Assembly: GCA_016932045.1 (NCBI GenBank)
Contig: JAFGDO010000012.1
Location: 4,195-68,194 of the forward strand
Origin: Candidatus Dojkabacteria bacterium
Lineage (GTDB): Bacteria; Patescibacteriota; Dojkabacteria; JAHIVN01
Direction of reading: 5' to 3'
Length of the DNA stretch: 64,000 bases
The notes beneath the pieces were generated by a model. That model was not told the DNA's origin. It worked only from the letters and a program-made list of their open reading frames with translations, and ran no database searches. Below, piece by piece: positions 40,949 through 51,295 of this stretch. The stretch's first letter is position 1. The number at the start of each line of letters is the position of its first letter. A program made the position numbers and the translations under genes.

Positions 40949-41473
40949 CTAATAGTCAATTCCCTTTACAGCCTTAAGTCCCTTGTCAAAGGGGTGCTTT
41001 GTGTTTTGCATTTTTGTTACCAGGTCTGCCTTTTCTACTATACCTTTTGATGCTCCACGACCAGTGAGTATAAGGTGAATTTTTTCCCTTCTAGCGTTGT
41101 CCATGAGTTTTATAATATCCTGTTCAGTAAGTAGCTTAAATCTAAGTGCTACTAAAATTTCATCAAGTACTAAAAGGAAGGGTTTTTTCTTTATGATTGA
41201 AGATGCTGTATTCAGAGCTTTTCTCATTAACAAGAAGTCTTTTCCTTTTAGTTTCATCGAGTCTGTAAGCGAACTTTTTCCGAAGGAAAATATTGTTAGT
41301 AAATTAAAAGGTTTTACTTTTGAAAGCATATTTAGAAGCCTGATTTCGCCTGATTTCCCATCTTTTAAAAATTGAACAATGGCAACAGGTTTATTATTCG
41401 ATAATGCACGAAGAGTAGTGCCAATTGCGGCAGTGGTTTTTCCCTTGCCATCACAAGTGTAGACTATTATCAT
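40949..41473 (-). CDS. cobO: Cob(I)alamin adenosyltransferase (CobO/BtuR family)
   Basis: VYTCDGKGKTTAAIG, VQFLK, LVLDEI, ILTGR, ADLVTKM...KHP..G..A.KGIDY. Confidence 0.92.
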   Translation of the reverse strand: MIIVYTCDGKGKTTAAIGTTLRALSNNKPVAIVQFLKDGKSGEIRLLNMLSKVKPFNLLTIFSFGKSSLTDSMKLKGKDFLLMRKALNTASSIIKKKPFLLVLDEILVALRFKLLTEQDIIKLMDNARREKIHLILTGRGASKGIVEKADLVTKMQNTKHPFDKGLKAVKGIDY

Positions 41474-41648
41474 GATTGTAATTTTAGCTCTTTGAAGGCA
41501 ATGTGTAAAATAGTCTGTAATCTGCAGGGGTGTAACTTTTAAGTATAAGGAGCTTAAGCCCCTTGTTTTGGAAATATCTCTATTGTATTTTTATGAAATT
41601 TCGTTTATTATCTTACTATTACTTATTTTATATTTTATATACAAATAT

Positions 41649-42446
41649 ATGAAGAAAGGACTTCCAATCGTAATTGTCCTTGTTCTTCTCCTTTGTATAT
41701 TCGTAGTTGTTGGTGGTGGTGCTGTGTATTACTTTGTGTTAAGAAATACACCTGAAAAGGCTTTTGACAAAGCCATTGCTAGCATAAATGAAGACTCCTA
41801 TGAGTATACATCAGAAGCAGAGATCTCAATGGATATTTCTGTTCCGGATTATCCGGAATTTAGCATGTCAATGACGATGACTGCTGATGGGGAGGGAAAA
41901 GTAGATAGTGCAAATGACAAGGAATACACAAAGTCAACAGTGACAACAGAAGGAGTTACTGAGACAACAGAGGTCTACTATATAGGAGAGGATGTATACT
42001 CAAGAACAGGTGACGATGACTTTAAAAAGATGTCAAAGGATGAAGTAGAAGATATAAGCGGTGAAACGTATGATGTCTACAAAAATCTTAGTTCTGATGT
42101 AGACTATACAGTTCTTGATGATGAAGAAGTTGATGGTGTAGATTGTTATCACTATAGCGTTCCATTAGATGAGACACTGCTTGAGGACTTTCTTGCTTCA
42201 TTCACTGAGACAATAGGAAACGATCCAAGTGTTACAATGGGTGATGTTACTATCAATGATGCTAAAATAGAGATGTGGGTGTCAAAATCCTCTAGTAAAG
42301 CTGTAAAATCAGTAATGATGATAGGAGAATTATCAGTAAGTGCTACAACATCAGGAGTTGAGATGAAAATGTCAATGAATGATCTTGAGGTAGCAACTAT
42401 GTTCATGAATTGGGGAGAAAAGGTTGATATAGAGGCACCTATCTAA
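41649..42446 (+). CDS. Membrane-anchored LppX/LolA-like (DUF6612-like) protein
   Basis: N-terminal TM; EVYYIGEDVYSR, DEEVDGVDCYHY, EMWV, NWGEKVDIEAP; similar to 55256 and 25768. Confidence 0.6.
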   Translation: MKKGLPIVIVLVLLLCIFVVVGGGAVYYFVLRNTPEKAFDKAIASINEDSYEYTSEAEISMDISVPDYPEFSMSMTMTADGEGKVDSANDKEYTKSTVTTEGVTETTEVYYIGEDVYSRTGDDDFKKMSKDEVEDISGETYDVYKNLSSDVDYTVLDDEEVDGVDCYHYSVPLDETLLEDFLASFTETIGNDPSVTMGDVTINDAKIEMWVSKSSSKAVKSVMMIGELSVSATTSGVEMKMSMNDLEVATMFMNWGEKVDIEAPI

Positions 42447-42460
42447 GTTTGATGTGTAAG

Positions 42461-42526
42461 TTAGTGGAGCTGTCTTAACTTTATCTACTATATTGATTGG
42501 TAGAAGTAAGTTGGGCGCTCCACTAA
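42461..42526 (+). terminator. Long intergenic hairpin
   Basis: Outer stem ttagtggagc / gctccactaa with nested inner stems. Confidence 0.5.
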
Positions 42527-42550
42527 TTGTATTTACTCAGAATTTTCTTC

Positions 42551-43951
42551 ATGATTAGTAGCGATCAAAAATATATTTCAATAATTTCAAGGTTTTTAGT
42601 TTTAATATTTCCACTCCTTTTGAATCTATTTCCGGGAAGCATTTCAGCGCAGGAAAGTAAAGTTCCAGAAGACTCATGGGAATCTCAGAGGGAATTACTT
42701 GTTCATAAGCCCGCTTTGGCTCAAGCTGTAAACATTGTTGAAGGCAGATTAACTATACATGAAACTCTGGCAAATTCTCTTGGTGCTCCCGAAGCGAGCG
42801 GCAAGTTCTATGCGTTTACCATCATATTCTCTTCTTCCGCTTTTTTTATAACCGATAGTGGGTATTTGATAACAAATGGTTTTGTTGTTAATCCTCCCCT
42901 AGAGACTATTGCGTATTATGCGTGTGAACAGTTATCTGAGGTGATATTTAAGGATGCGATAAGTTTGACATGGGAAGCTCTTTATGGATATGTTCCTTCA
43001 GAAGACGAGATAAATAACGCATTCAAAACAATTCTTAAGGAGACTTATGGGGGAGAAAAAGACGCGCTAGTTTGGGATCTTTACAAAACCAATTATAAAA
43101 ACGGAGAAATAATAATGGAAAATGTTAGTCGAAACTATTATATTCAAACAGGAAAGGTGTATGCTCAAAAAGAAGATATTGAAAAATATGCTAGTTCAGC
43201 AAAAGTGATAGATACACCATTTGAAGAGGCTTTTGATAATAGTAATTTTGCAATTATTAAAGTCGGGGGAAAAAATTATCCTATTGTTAATCTGCCTACT
43301 GAGAAAGGTGAAGGGTATAATTCAGATGAAGTATTTATACTTGGTTACTCTGCAATTCCTGATGAGCAAAATGGAGACTTGTTACAGACAGAGGAGGGAA
43401 CATTTCCCTCACTTATAAAAGGGGAGACAAAGAAAATGCAAAGGCTTGACGGAACCGAGTATGTTGAGCTTAAAGCAGAGATAGATAAGGGATTTTCAGG
43501 CAGCGTTATCACAAAGAGCAGTGGTGATGTAGTCGGTATTGCCGCATTTGGTTTGCAGAATGAGGCTTCTGAAGCAGAGTTTTATTACATGATTCCTATT
43601 GAAGATGTTTTAGACTTGATTGAGGAAGATAATTTAAAATTAAGCGAAAGTGATACAACAAATAAGTGGGAACAGGGTTTAGATCTTTATTCCAGCAAGT
43701 GTTTTACTGCTGCAAGGAATAAATTTGAAGAATCAAAAATACTTTATCCTCAAAACATTGATGTGGAAGCTTTTATATCGAAATGCAATGAAGCTATAGA
43801 AAACGGTGAGGATGAGTGCTTACCAGACTATACTTTGGTTATTGCTTTGGTGGTTGTTACAATAAGTTCTGTTGGTTTAGGATTAATAGTGTTTATAGGA
43901 GTAGCTTATGTCAAAAGTAGTAAGAAGAAAAAGCGAATAGCAAATTGTTAA
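42551..43951 (+). CDS. Catalytically degenerate trypsin-like protease paralog
   Basis: Same layout as the protease at 4826 (KPA..., GY/HLITN, C-terminal TM), but TNGFV replaces TNAHV, NFAIIK replaces DLAILK and GFSGS replaces GNSGG. Confidence 0.7.
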   Translation: MISSDQKYISIISRFLVLIFPLLLNLFPGSISAQESKVPEDSWESQRELLVHKPALAQAVNIVEGRLTIHETLANSLGAPEASGKFYAFTIIFSSSAFFITDSGYLITNGFVVNPPLETIAYYACEQLSEVIFKDAISLTWEALYGYVPSEDEINNAFKTILKETYGGEKDALVWDLYKTNYKNGEIIMENVSRNYYIQTGKVYAQKEDIEKYASSAKVIDTPFEEAFDNSNFAIIKVGGKNYPIVNLPTEKGEGYNSDEVFILGYSAIPDEQNGDLLQTEEGTFPSLIKGETKKMQRLDGTEYVELKAEIDKGFSGSVITKSSGDVVGIAAFGLQNEASEAEFYYMIPIEDVLDLIEEDNLKLSESDTTNKWEQGLDLYSSKCFTAARNKFEESKILYPQNIDVEAFISKCNEAIENGEDECLPDYTLVIALVVVTISSVGLGLIVFIGVAYVKSSKKKKRIANC

Positions 43952-43987
43952 CTCGTAAGTCATAACTCATAACCGATGTCTCACAAC

Positions 43988-46504
43988 TTATATCATGCCC
44001 CTTTGAACTTGCTCCTTCATCCTCTCCACCTCATCTGAAAGCATTTGCGTATATAGACCAAGTCCAATTGCTGAGATATTTCCATGTTGTTCTCTTCCCA
44101 AGAGATTTCCTGCTCCGCGGATTTCTAAGTCTCTACTAGCTATTTTGAAGCCTGAACCCAGTTCTTGAGCCTCCAGGATAGCTTCTAGCCTTGCTTTAGC
44201 TTTTTTTTCAAAAGATATCTTCACACTTTTACCTTTTTCCTTTAGATCTAAATCTTCAATTTCTTTTAGTAAATTCTTTTGAGTGTAAAATAAATGACAA
44301 GAAGCTTGCCTTGTATTTCTTCCAACTCTACCTCTCAATTGATACATCTGAGCAAGTCCGAAACGCTCAGCCTTATTTATAATGATTGTATTCACATTCT
44401 TAATATCAATTCCATTTTCAATGATAGTAGTACAGATGAGACAGTCAAATTTATGCTTGTAGAATTCTCTCATGACCTTGTCAAGTGTAGACGGATGCAT
44501 CTGGCCGTGAGCTACTCTAAATGATATGTTTGGAAGTATCTTCTTAAGTTTTGCCCTCATTGATTCTATTGTTCTTACTTCATTATGTAAGAAGTATACT
44601 TGTCCATCTCTTTTCGTTTCTTGAACTATAGCTTGAGCAACTTTATTCCAATTAAACGGCTCGACTTTTGTTTTAATGGCCTTCCTTCCTGGAGGAGGGG
44701 TTGTGATTAGACTTATGTCTTTCAGATTTGAAAGAGCCATACTTAGAGTTCTTGGAATTGGTGTTGCCGACATTGAAAGTACATTGCATTTATATGCAAG
44801 CTTTTTGATTTTTTCCTTTTGTTTGACTCCGAACCTTTGTTCTTCATCAACAACTAAAAGATTCAAATCTTTGAATTTTACATCATTTGACAAAAGCCTG
44901 TGAGTACCAATTACAATATCAACCTGTCCTTTATTTAGTCTTTCGATAATTCTTTGGTTTTCTTTCCTGCTTCCAAAACGCGAAAGAGTAGCTATCTCAA
45001 TTGGATAGTTTCTCATCCTGTGTTTAAAGACCGAATAATGCTGAGATACAAGAATTGTTGTTGGGCACAAAACAGCAACTTGCTTATCATTTAATACTGT
45101 TCGAAAAGCAGCTCGTATGGCAACCTCGGTCTTTCCAAAACCTACATCTCCAACAAGCAATCTATTCATAGGCTTTTTTGATGATAAGTCAACAAGTATT
45201 TCATCTATAACCCTTTTCTGGTCTTCGGTTTCACTAAATTCAAATTCTGAAGCAAATTTATCTTCCCACTCATGTTTTATCAACCTATCTCCTTGAGCAA
45301 TTTCTGATTTTGCATAATGTTCAAGCAATTGTCTTGCGATGAGAATTACAGATGTTTTTACTTTATTCTTAATATTACGCCAAGTGGTTTTACCTAGTCG
45401 AGTGATTTTTGGAGGTACATTGTCTGGCCCTATATATTTGGTAAGTTTATGAACTTGGCTTAAAGGAACTGACAACTTGTCGCTTTCAGCATATTCAAGA
45501 ATTAAGTAATCACTGAGCTTCTCAAGAATCTTTTTTTGCTCAATACCTTTGTAAATTGCAATACCATAGTCCTCGTGTACGATATAATTATCTACTTCTA
45601 TTTCACCTTCAAGTTCTGCAAGATACCTATTAATCTTTTTCTGTGATTTAGCTCTTTCAGATGCTACAAAAATAGTTCCGAAAATTTCTCTGTCAGTATA
45701 GAAAGCAATTTTAAGTTTTGGGTTTTCAAAACCTGAGTTAATATGAAGATTGTTAAACTCTTTCTTTTCTGAGAATTTAGCTAGATTGGCAGGCAGCTGA
45801 TCCTTGTGAATGGTTTTTATCTGAATAAGCCAGCCTTTCTGAGTCCTTTTTACTATCTCGTCTTGTAGAAGATCAAGACGCTTAAAGAAAAGTGATGGAT
45901 AAACGAAATTGAAATTTAGAAGCTTTCCTTTTTCCTTTCGATGTCCAAATACAATAAAAGTGGGATTTATTTTATTTGATGCAGAAGTGATATTTACAGC
46001 CTGCATCTCAGCATCGTCCTCAAGTAAGTTTTCATTGCCAAGGCAAAATTCATCTAAACTATCAAGTTTATTTAGATAAATCTCATCAATCATTTCTTTT
46101 GATTCAAGTTCATTCCCCCAAAAGCTTAGTCTCAACGGGTGAAGATAAATCGATGGCCAGAAAGTAATTGTGTCTCCTTTTAGTGTGTATTCCGCTTGCT
46201 TCGTTACTTTGTTGACACGAACAAAGGTATTTGCATCGAGGAGTTTCTTTAGTTTTTTAAAAGTTAGTTTCTTATAAATGTTTAAACTTTCAAGATATTT
46301 TAATGTGTTTGAAGATGATAGTGTGGAATATATAAAGGCATGTCTAGTTATCTTTTCGAGAAGCCTAAGAAGCATTCTTTGTGTGTCTATAGTTGTTCCT
46401 GAAAGCGTACATAACCGTCTGGTTGTTTTACTTACCGGGGTATTAACAAACTTTATTAGCTTTTTAAACTCAGCACTTTGACTGATCTTGTTTTCAATTG
46501 TCAC
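43988..46504 (-). CDS. mfd: Transcription-repair coupling factor, shortened
   Basis: RID YIVHEDYGI, GDVGFGKTE, DEEQRFG, SATPIPRT, QLRGRVGR, TRG DLEIRGAGNLLG. Probable GTG start at 46504, 6 nt after TATAAT. Confidence 0.92.
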   Translation of the reverse strand: MTIENKISQSAEFKKLIKFVNTPVSKTTRRLCTLSGTTIDTQRMLLRLLEKITRHAFIYSTLSSSNTLKYLESLNIYKKLTFKKLKKLLDANTFVRVNKVTKQAEYTLKGDTITFWPSIYLHPLRLSFWGNELESKEMIDEIYLNKLDSLDEFCLGNENLLEDDAEMQAVNITSASNKINPTFIVFGHRKEKGKLLNFNFVYPSLFFKRLDLLQDEIVKRTQKGWLIQIKTIHKDQLPANLAKFSEKKEFNNLHINSGFENPKLKIAFYTDREIFGTIFVASERAKSQKKINRYLAELEGEIEVDNYIVHEDYGIAIYKGIEQKKILEKLSDYLILEYAESDKLSVPLSQVHKLTKYIGPDNVPPKITRLGKTTWRNIKNKVKTSVILIARQLLEHYAKSEIAQGDRLIKHEWEDKFASEFEFSETEDQKRVIDEILVDLSSKKPMNRLLVGDVGFGKTEVAIRAAFRTVLNDKQVAVLCPTTILVSQHYSVFKHRMRNYPIEIATLSRFGSRKENQRIIERLNKGQVDIVIGTHRLLSNDVKFKDLNLLVVDEEQRFGVKQKEKIKKLAYKCNVLSMSATPIPRTLSMALSNLKDISLITTPPPGRKAIKTKVEPFNWNKVAQAIVQETKRDGQVYFLHNEVRTIESMRAKLKKILPNISFRVAHGQMHPSTLDKVMREFYKHKFDCLICTTIIENGIDIKNVNTIIINKAERFGLAQMYQLRGRVGRNTRQASCHLFYTQKNLLKEIEDLDLKEKGKSVKISFEKKAKARLEAILEAQELGSGFKIASRDLEIRGAGNLLGREQHGNISAIGLGLYTQMLSDEVERMKEQVQRGMI

Positions 46505-46664
46505 GACGCTATTATATCTTAAGAGCTGTGAAATAAGCAATGTTATATTGCTATACTGCCATATTGTTATGATGATAAATAGCTTGATAGGTGAGTAGCC
46601 GGATAGCTTGCTCCCCTTTGGCGGATAGGCCGTAGTTATAGCTCTTTCCCTCTACTTTTTACAT

Positions 46665-47336
46665 TCAGCTTAGTGAAGTACTGTTATCAAATAAAAGTCT
46701 TGACAGAAAAAGCTTAAGGGGTTTTTGTGAAGATTTATATTCACTTAAACGGGCTGTGACTCTTCTAAGTAGAAGGGTAGCCGTCAAACTCAATGCAAGC
46801 AATTCGTCAAAATTCTCCTTTGTCTGGAAGGTTAAATATATGTAAGCTCCCAATGCGAAAAGTGTCATTGTTGGAGAACTTATCCATTTCCATTCGATAC
46901 CAGCTTTACGTCTAAGGAGTGAAGGTACAATGGTAAGAACAAAGATGATGAAGGGGATTATCGAAGCTTTAAAGGTTAAGAATACAATTACGCCTAAAAG
47001 AGTTCCAACTCCTCTACCTCCAGAAAAGTTGAACCATATTGGCCAGCAATGACCGGCAACTGAAGCTATAGCTATGACAGAAAGCCAATGTTCATCTACC
47101 TCAAGATACTTTGCTAAAGCAAGAATCGGGATACCCTTTAGGAAATCAAAAACTGCTACTATTATGCCCCACTTTAGACCAATATTTTGAGCCACATTTG
47201 ATCCGCCTGCTGTTTGGTAGCCAATTTCCCGTATGTCTTCTTTTTTGGTATACCTTGCAACCAGTATAGCTGAAGAAACAGAACCCAATAAGTAGTTTAG
47301 TATAGTAAGAAGTAATGGAAGAAAATAATTTGTCAT
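46665..47336 (-). CDS. plsY: Acyl-phosphate:glycerol-3-phosphate acyltransferase
   Basis: YLLGS, DIR..G...GGSN, DFLKG, GHCWP.W..FSGGRGV. Confidence 0.88.
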   Translation of the reverse strand: MTNYFLPLLLTILNYLLGSVSSAILVARYTKKEDIREIGYQTAGGSNVAQNIGLKWGIIVAVFDFLKGIPILALAKYLEVDEHWLSVIAIASVAGHCWPIWFNFSGGRGVGTLLGVIVFLTFKASIIPFIIFVLTIVPSLLRRKAGIEWKWISSPTMTLFALGAYIYLTFQTKENFDELLALSLTATLLLRRVTARLSEYKSSQKPLKLFLSRLLFDNSTSLS

Positions 47337-47387
47337 ATCTAAATAGTTGGATAGTTAGATAGTTAGAAATCAATCTTCTACTATATA

Positions 47388-48254
47388 TTACTCAAGCAAT
47401 ACACATACCCCCCAAACCTCTGGACCTAAATGACATGCTATTGCAGTAGATATTTGATTGTAGGAAACTACTTCAGCATCGAATTCTTCCTTTATCCTAA
47501 GATTTACTACTTCCATCAGAAAGTCATCTGATAATCCATAGTCATACATCACTTTTACAGTTGTAGCACCAGTACGCACTATATCTTCTTTAATTTTTTG
47601 TACAACAAGTTCAAGGGCTTGATTGTTTGTGCGTGCTCTTGCAACAGGTTCAAGTAATCCGTTTTTTGCTGAAATGATAGGTTTAAATGAAAATATATTT
47701 GCCAGCCATGCCTTTGCTTTGCCGATACGTCCATTTTTTTCTAAGTACTTTAATGTTTGTATAACTCCGTACTCAACTACTCTTCGCTCGTCACGAAGCT
47801 TTTCAAGGTATTTCCAAATTGCATTAAAATCATTTCCTTCGTCTGCTAAAGATTCTGCCACATAAGCCATGAATCCTTCCATTGACACGACAGTTTGAGA
47901 ATCAAATACTTGTATATCCTTTCCTTCATCTCTTAGCTTCTGTGCAGCTTTTTGACCAGCACTGAAAATTCCGGAAAGTTTTGAGGATGCTGCTATGTAA
48001 ATCCCTTGTTCATAGCCCTTCATAGCTTCCTGCATTGACTTTATCATCTCACCTTGTGGCGGAACAGCAGTTGAAGGTATCTCATCAAATGTTGACATGC
48101 TTCTTATAAATTCCTCGGCCTTGTCATCCCTATCGTCTTTCAGGACTTTATCTTTGTGAATAATATCTACAGGGATTAAAAAAATATTTCTTTGCTCAGC
48201 AAATTTATATGAGAGCGAAGCTATTCTCTCGGTAATTATTCTTACTTTGGGCAT
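47388..48254 (-). CDS. DegV family fatty-acid-binding protein (FakB-like)
   Basis: PSTAVP, SSKLSG, FDSQT, TLKYLEKNGRIG, FKPII, HLGP. Confidence 0.92.
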   Translation of the reverse strand: MPKVRIITERIASLSYKFAEQRNIFLIPVDIIHKDKVLKDDRDDKAEEFIRSMSTFDEIPSTAVPPQGEMIKSMQEAMKGYEQGIYIAASSKLSGIFSAGQKAAQKLRDEGKDIQVFDSQTVVSMEGFMAYVAESLADEGNDFNAIWKYLEKLRDERRVVEYGVIQTLKYLEKNGRIGKAKAWLANIFSFKPIISAKNGLLEPVARARTNNQALELVVQKIKEDIVRTGATTVKVMYDYGLSDDFLMEVVNLRIKEEFDAEVVSYNQISTAIACHLGPEVWGVCVLLE

Positions 48255-48454
48255 TTCCTTTGCATAACAGTTTTAAGGTAGTGTATAACAGTGTTTTTAA
48301 AATAGCAAGACTAAAGCCGATTAAGAATGAAGGACATAGAAAGTTAGACCGTGGACGTTATTATCAGCTGAATAACTACTAATTGCTTAATTTACAATTG
48401 GAGATTGGTATTTTTTTTGATAGCTGTTTAGTGGCTTTTCACCTTAACCTACTT

Positions 48455-50302
48455 TCATTCTAAAGTCACAATATAGTAATAATGAGGTTGGCCACCATCA
48501 TGAACTTGTACCTCAATGTGAAGTTTTTCCCATAGGTTTCGTCTGAGCTGAAAAGCTTCTTCTTTTGAAACATCTTCTCCAAAGTAAAGAGAAATCAGCT
48601 GTGATGAGTTTTTAATTTTTTCTATAGCGTTAATTATAATTTTATTTAAATCTTTGCCTCTCGATAGTAATCTGTTTTCAGAGATAGCGATAATTTCACC
48701 TTTATCAATATTTTGACCTGAAATGGATGTTTTCCTTGTTGATTTCGTTACTGAAAAAGTCTTAATCAGTTTTAATGAATTTGATATCATATCTGTATTT
48801 TGAGTAATGGTACTTAGTGGATTAAAGTTAAGTAGCGCGCTTAGTCCTTGGGCTTGATCTATGGTAGGTAGTACAGTGACATTCTTTTCGCTCTTGTCAG
48901 CGGCATTTTTTGCTGCCAGAAAAACATTTTTGTTATTGGGGAGAATTATAATATTTGAACTGTTCATGGCGGCCAATTTTTTTTCTAAATCCGCAACCGA
49001 CGGATTCATAGTTTTTCCGCCGTTTAGTGAGGTAATTCCTTCAAAGCTTGTATAAATTCGACTGAAGCCATCGCCATTTATAATAGCTAAAACCTTCGTG
49101 TCTTTTTCTTCACCCTTTGTTTCAAGCTTTTTTCCTATAAATTCCTTATGTTGCTTATGAAGATCATCAAATTTGACGGTTTTTACCTTACCAAGACTAT
49201 GAATAGCTTCCTCTGCTTCATTTTTATTCTTTGCGTGAAAGTGTATTTTTGTTATGCTTCCCTTTTGGGCTACGATGACCGAGGAGCCTACTTTTGAAAT
49301 CATTGCTTTGATATCCTTAATAGGTACTTTAACATTAGAAAGGATAGCTTCAGCGCAATATTTTTCCTCAGGAGTTTTCTGCCAGGCGTTAAGAAGCTTT
49401 AGAATTGAGAAATTTGTTTCTTTTATATTTTGCCATTTAAGCTGTTCGTATAGGTTTTTGACCAAACGAAATGCTTTTTTGAATGCTATTAGATTCCATC
49501 CCATCTTCATAACGCCCCAGGCTTTTTTGAAAAGCCACCAAGTATTCCCAAAAGTGAATTTTATGGCTTTTAAATTAAAATCAAGAATTGACCTCAATCC
49601 TCCCATTCCAAAGACACCAGAGGTTTCCTCCCAAATTCTTGCCAGTGGAGGGGATGAGTAGTCGTCAGTACCAGTTATGCCCTCAATGTTATTTTCAGTT
49701 AGTGCTCTATAAAAACCCTCTAAGAAATATATAAATCCAGCTCCGCCTGCATCAACTACTCCTGCTTCCTTAAGTTTAGGTAACATATCTGGAGTTTGCT
49801 TAAGTGTAATTTGAGATCTATTTATGACAGATTTTAAAATTCTTGTAAGATCAGCATATTCTTTCTTTGTATCAAATTCTTCTGTTGCGGATTTCATAAC
49901 CGTGAGAATTGTTCCCTCAACTGGTTCTGATACGCTCGCATAGGCTTCTTTTGTGCCGTTTCGGAATGATTGAAGTAGGGTTTCTTTGTCAATAATCTTT
50001 TTATCTTTTATAGTATCGCAGAATCCTCCAAGAAATTGTGAAAGTATAACTCCGCTGTTGCCTCTACCGCCCATTAGGCTCGATTCAGCTATAATTTCTG
50101 ATAATTCCTTTAGTGAATAGTCCTTTTTAGAATCAAGATTCTTAACTATCTCTTTTAGTGTAAGAGACATGTTTGTTCCGGTGTCGCCGTCTGGGACAGG
50201 GTAAACGTTGAGGTTATTGAGAAGCTCTTTTTTTGCGTTTACTGCCTTTTCTGCAGACTTAAATATTTCAACAAGCTGTGTTGTATCTATTGAAGTGATC
50301 AT
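48455..50302 (-). CDS. fakA: Fatty acid kinase catalytic subunit (DAK2 domain, FakA-like)
   Basis: LNVYPVPDGDTGTNM, RGNSGVILSQ, PVEGTILTV, GVVDAGG, TMNPS, LPNNKN, GGQPHY; probable start ATG 50302. Confidence 0.9.
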   Translation of the reverse strand: MITSIDTTQLVEIFKSAEKAVNAKKELLNNLNVYPVPDGDTGTNMSLTLKEIVKNLDSKKDYSLKELSEIIAESSLMGGRGNSGVILSQFLGGFCDTIKDKKIIDKETLLQSFRNGTKEAYASVSEPVEGTILTVMKSATEEFDTKKEYADLTRILKSVINRSQITLKQTPDMLPKLKEAGVVDAGGAGFIYFLEGFYRALTENNIEGITGTDDYSSPPLARIWEETSGVFGMGGLRSILDFNLKAIKFTFGNTWWLFKKAWGVMKMGWNLIAFKKAFRLVKNLYEQLKWQNIKETNFSILKLLNAWQKTPEEKYCAEAILSNVKVPIKDIKAMISKVGSSVIVAQKGSITKIHFHAKNKNEAEEAIHSLGKVKTVKFDDLHKQHKEFIGKKLETKGEEKDTKVLAIINGDGFSRIYTSFEGITSLNGGKTMNPSVADLEKKLAAMNSSNIIILPNNKNVFLAAKNAADKSEKNVTVLPTIDQAQGLSALLNFNPLSTITQNTDMISNSLKLIKTFSVTKSTRKTSISGQNIDKGEIIAISENRLLSRGKDLNKIIINAIEKIKNSSQLISLYFGEDVSKEEAFQLRRNLWEKLHIEVQVHDGGQPHYYYIVTLE

Positions 50303-50431
50303 CGTCCAATGGGCTATTATAGCAGAAAACTTAGTTCTGAAAAATAGAAAAAAATAAGCAAGCAGCAAACAGAAAGATAAGTAAATAGTTAAATAGCTAG
50401 ATAGTTAATTAGTGATAAGGATAGTAGAGGC

Positions 50432-51184
50432 TTAAGAAAAGCAATTAGTTTTTCTCAATTCTTTCATCATTCCGCTGCTATATTGGAGTGCTTTTTTGGG
50501 AGCCTTTACAATGCTTTGGTGTAAACCTAAAGCTTCTGCTACCTTTCTAAGGATGTATTTCCTTATTCCATTCCTAATGAAGAGATCATCAGGAATGTCT
50601 AAAACAAATTCTGCAAGCTCATCATTTGCAAAAGGAAGAATTAGGTTTTTACTGAAGTACTTTGCCATTTTATATTCTCTTTTTTTCAGCATTAATAAGA
50701 ATTCCTTATAACAACTTTTTATTTTAATCTTTACCCCTTTAACTCCCAGATACTTGTAAAACCCTCCAAATAACGTATCTGCTCCGTGTCCGGTAATTAT
50801 ATATTCCTCAGGAATATTTTTTACAAGAATAAAAAAAGGTAAGGAATAGGAAATAGATACCTTATCTTTGTCTCCTGTAAGGAGCATATATTCCTTTAAA
50901 TCCTTTGCTATTTTACTTTGCTGTAATTGTATATGTGTAAGCCTACGTTTAAGTGAAAGATGAGTTGCTGAAGTTGTACTTTGCTTAAAGTCATAACAAC
51001 CGGGAAAACCAATTGTGTACAGTTTAATTTTACAATTAGTATAATTTTTAACTATAAAGGCTACTAAACTGCTGTCGAGACTTCCTGAAAAAGGAATTGC
51101 TACTTCAGGAACATTATTTAATTCTTTCTGAATTATTGAAGTTAAAATGTTTTTTACATCTTGTATGGTTTTATTTTCATTCAT
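50432..51184 (-). CDS. Asparagine synthase C-terminal (PP-loop) domain only
   Basis: FSGSLDSS, TGHGADTLFGGF, LPF, RKYILR, PKKALQYSSG; no glutaminase domain. Confidence 0.85.
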   Translation of the reverse strand: MNENKTIQDVKNILTSIIQKELNNVPEVAIPFSGSLDSSLVAFIVKNYTNCKIKLYTIGFPGCYDFKQSTTSATHLSLKRRLTHIQLQQSKIAKDLKEYMLLTGDKDKVSISYSLPFFILVKNIPEEYIITGHGADTLFGGFYKYLGVKGVKIKIKSCYKEFLLMLKKREYKMAKYFSKNLILPFANDELAEFVLDIPDDLFIRNGIRKYILRKVAEALGLHQSIVKAPKKALQYSSGMMKELRKTNCFS

Positions 51185-51295
51185 ATTTTGAACAACTGGA
51201 CTGTTAGATAGCTAGATAGTCAAAAGATCTAGTTCATCGGATCAAATTCTTTACTTAGTGTATAATTATACTATCTAATATATTACAAATGTAAG

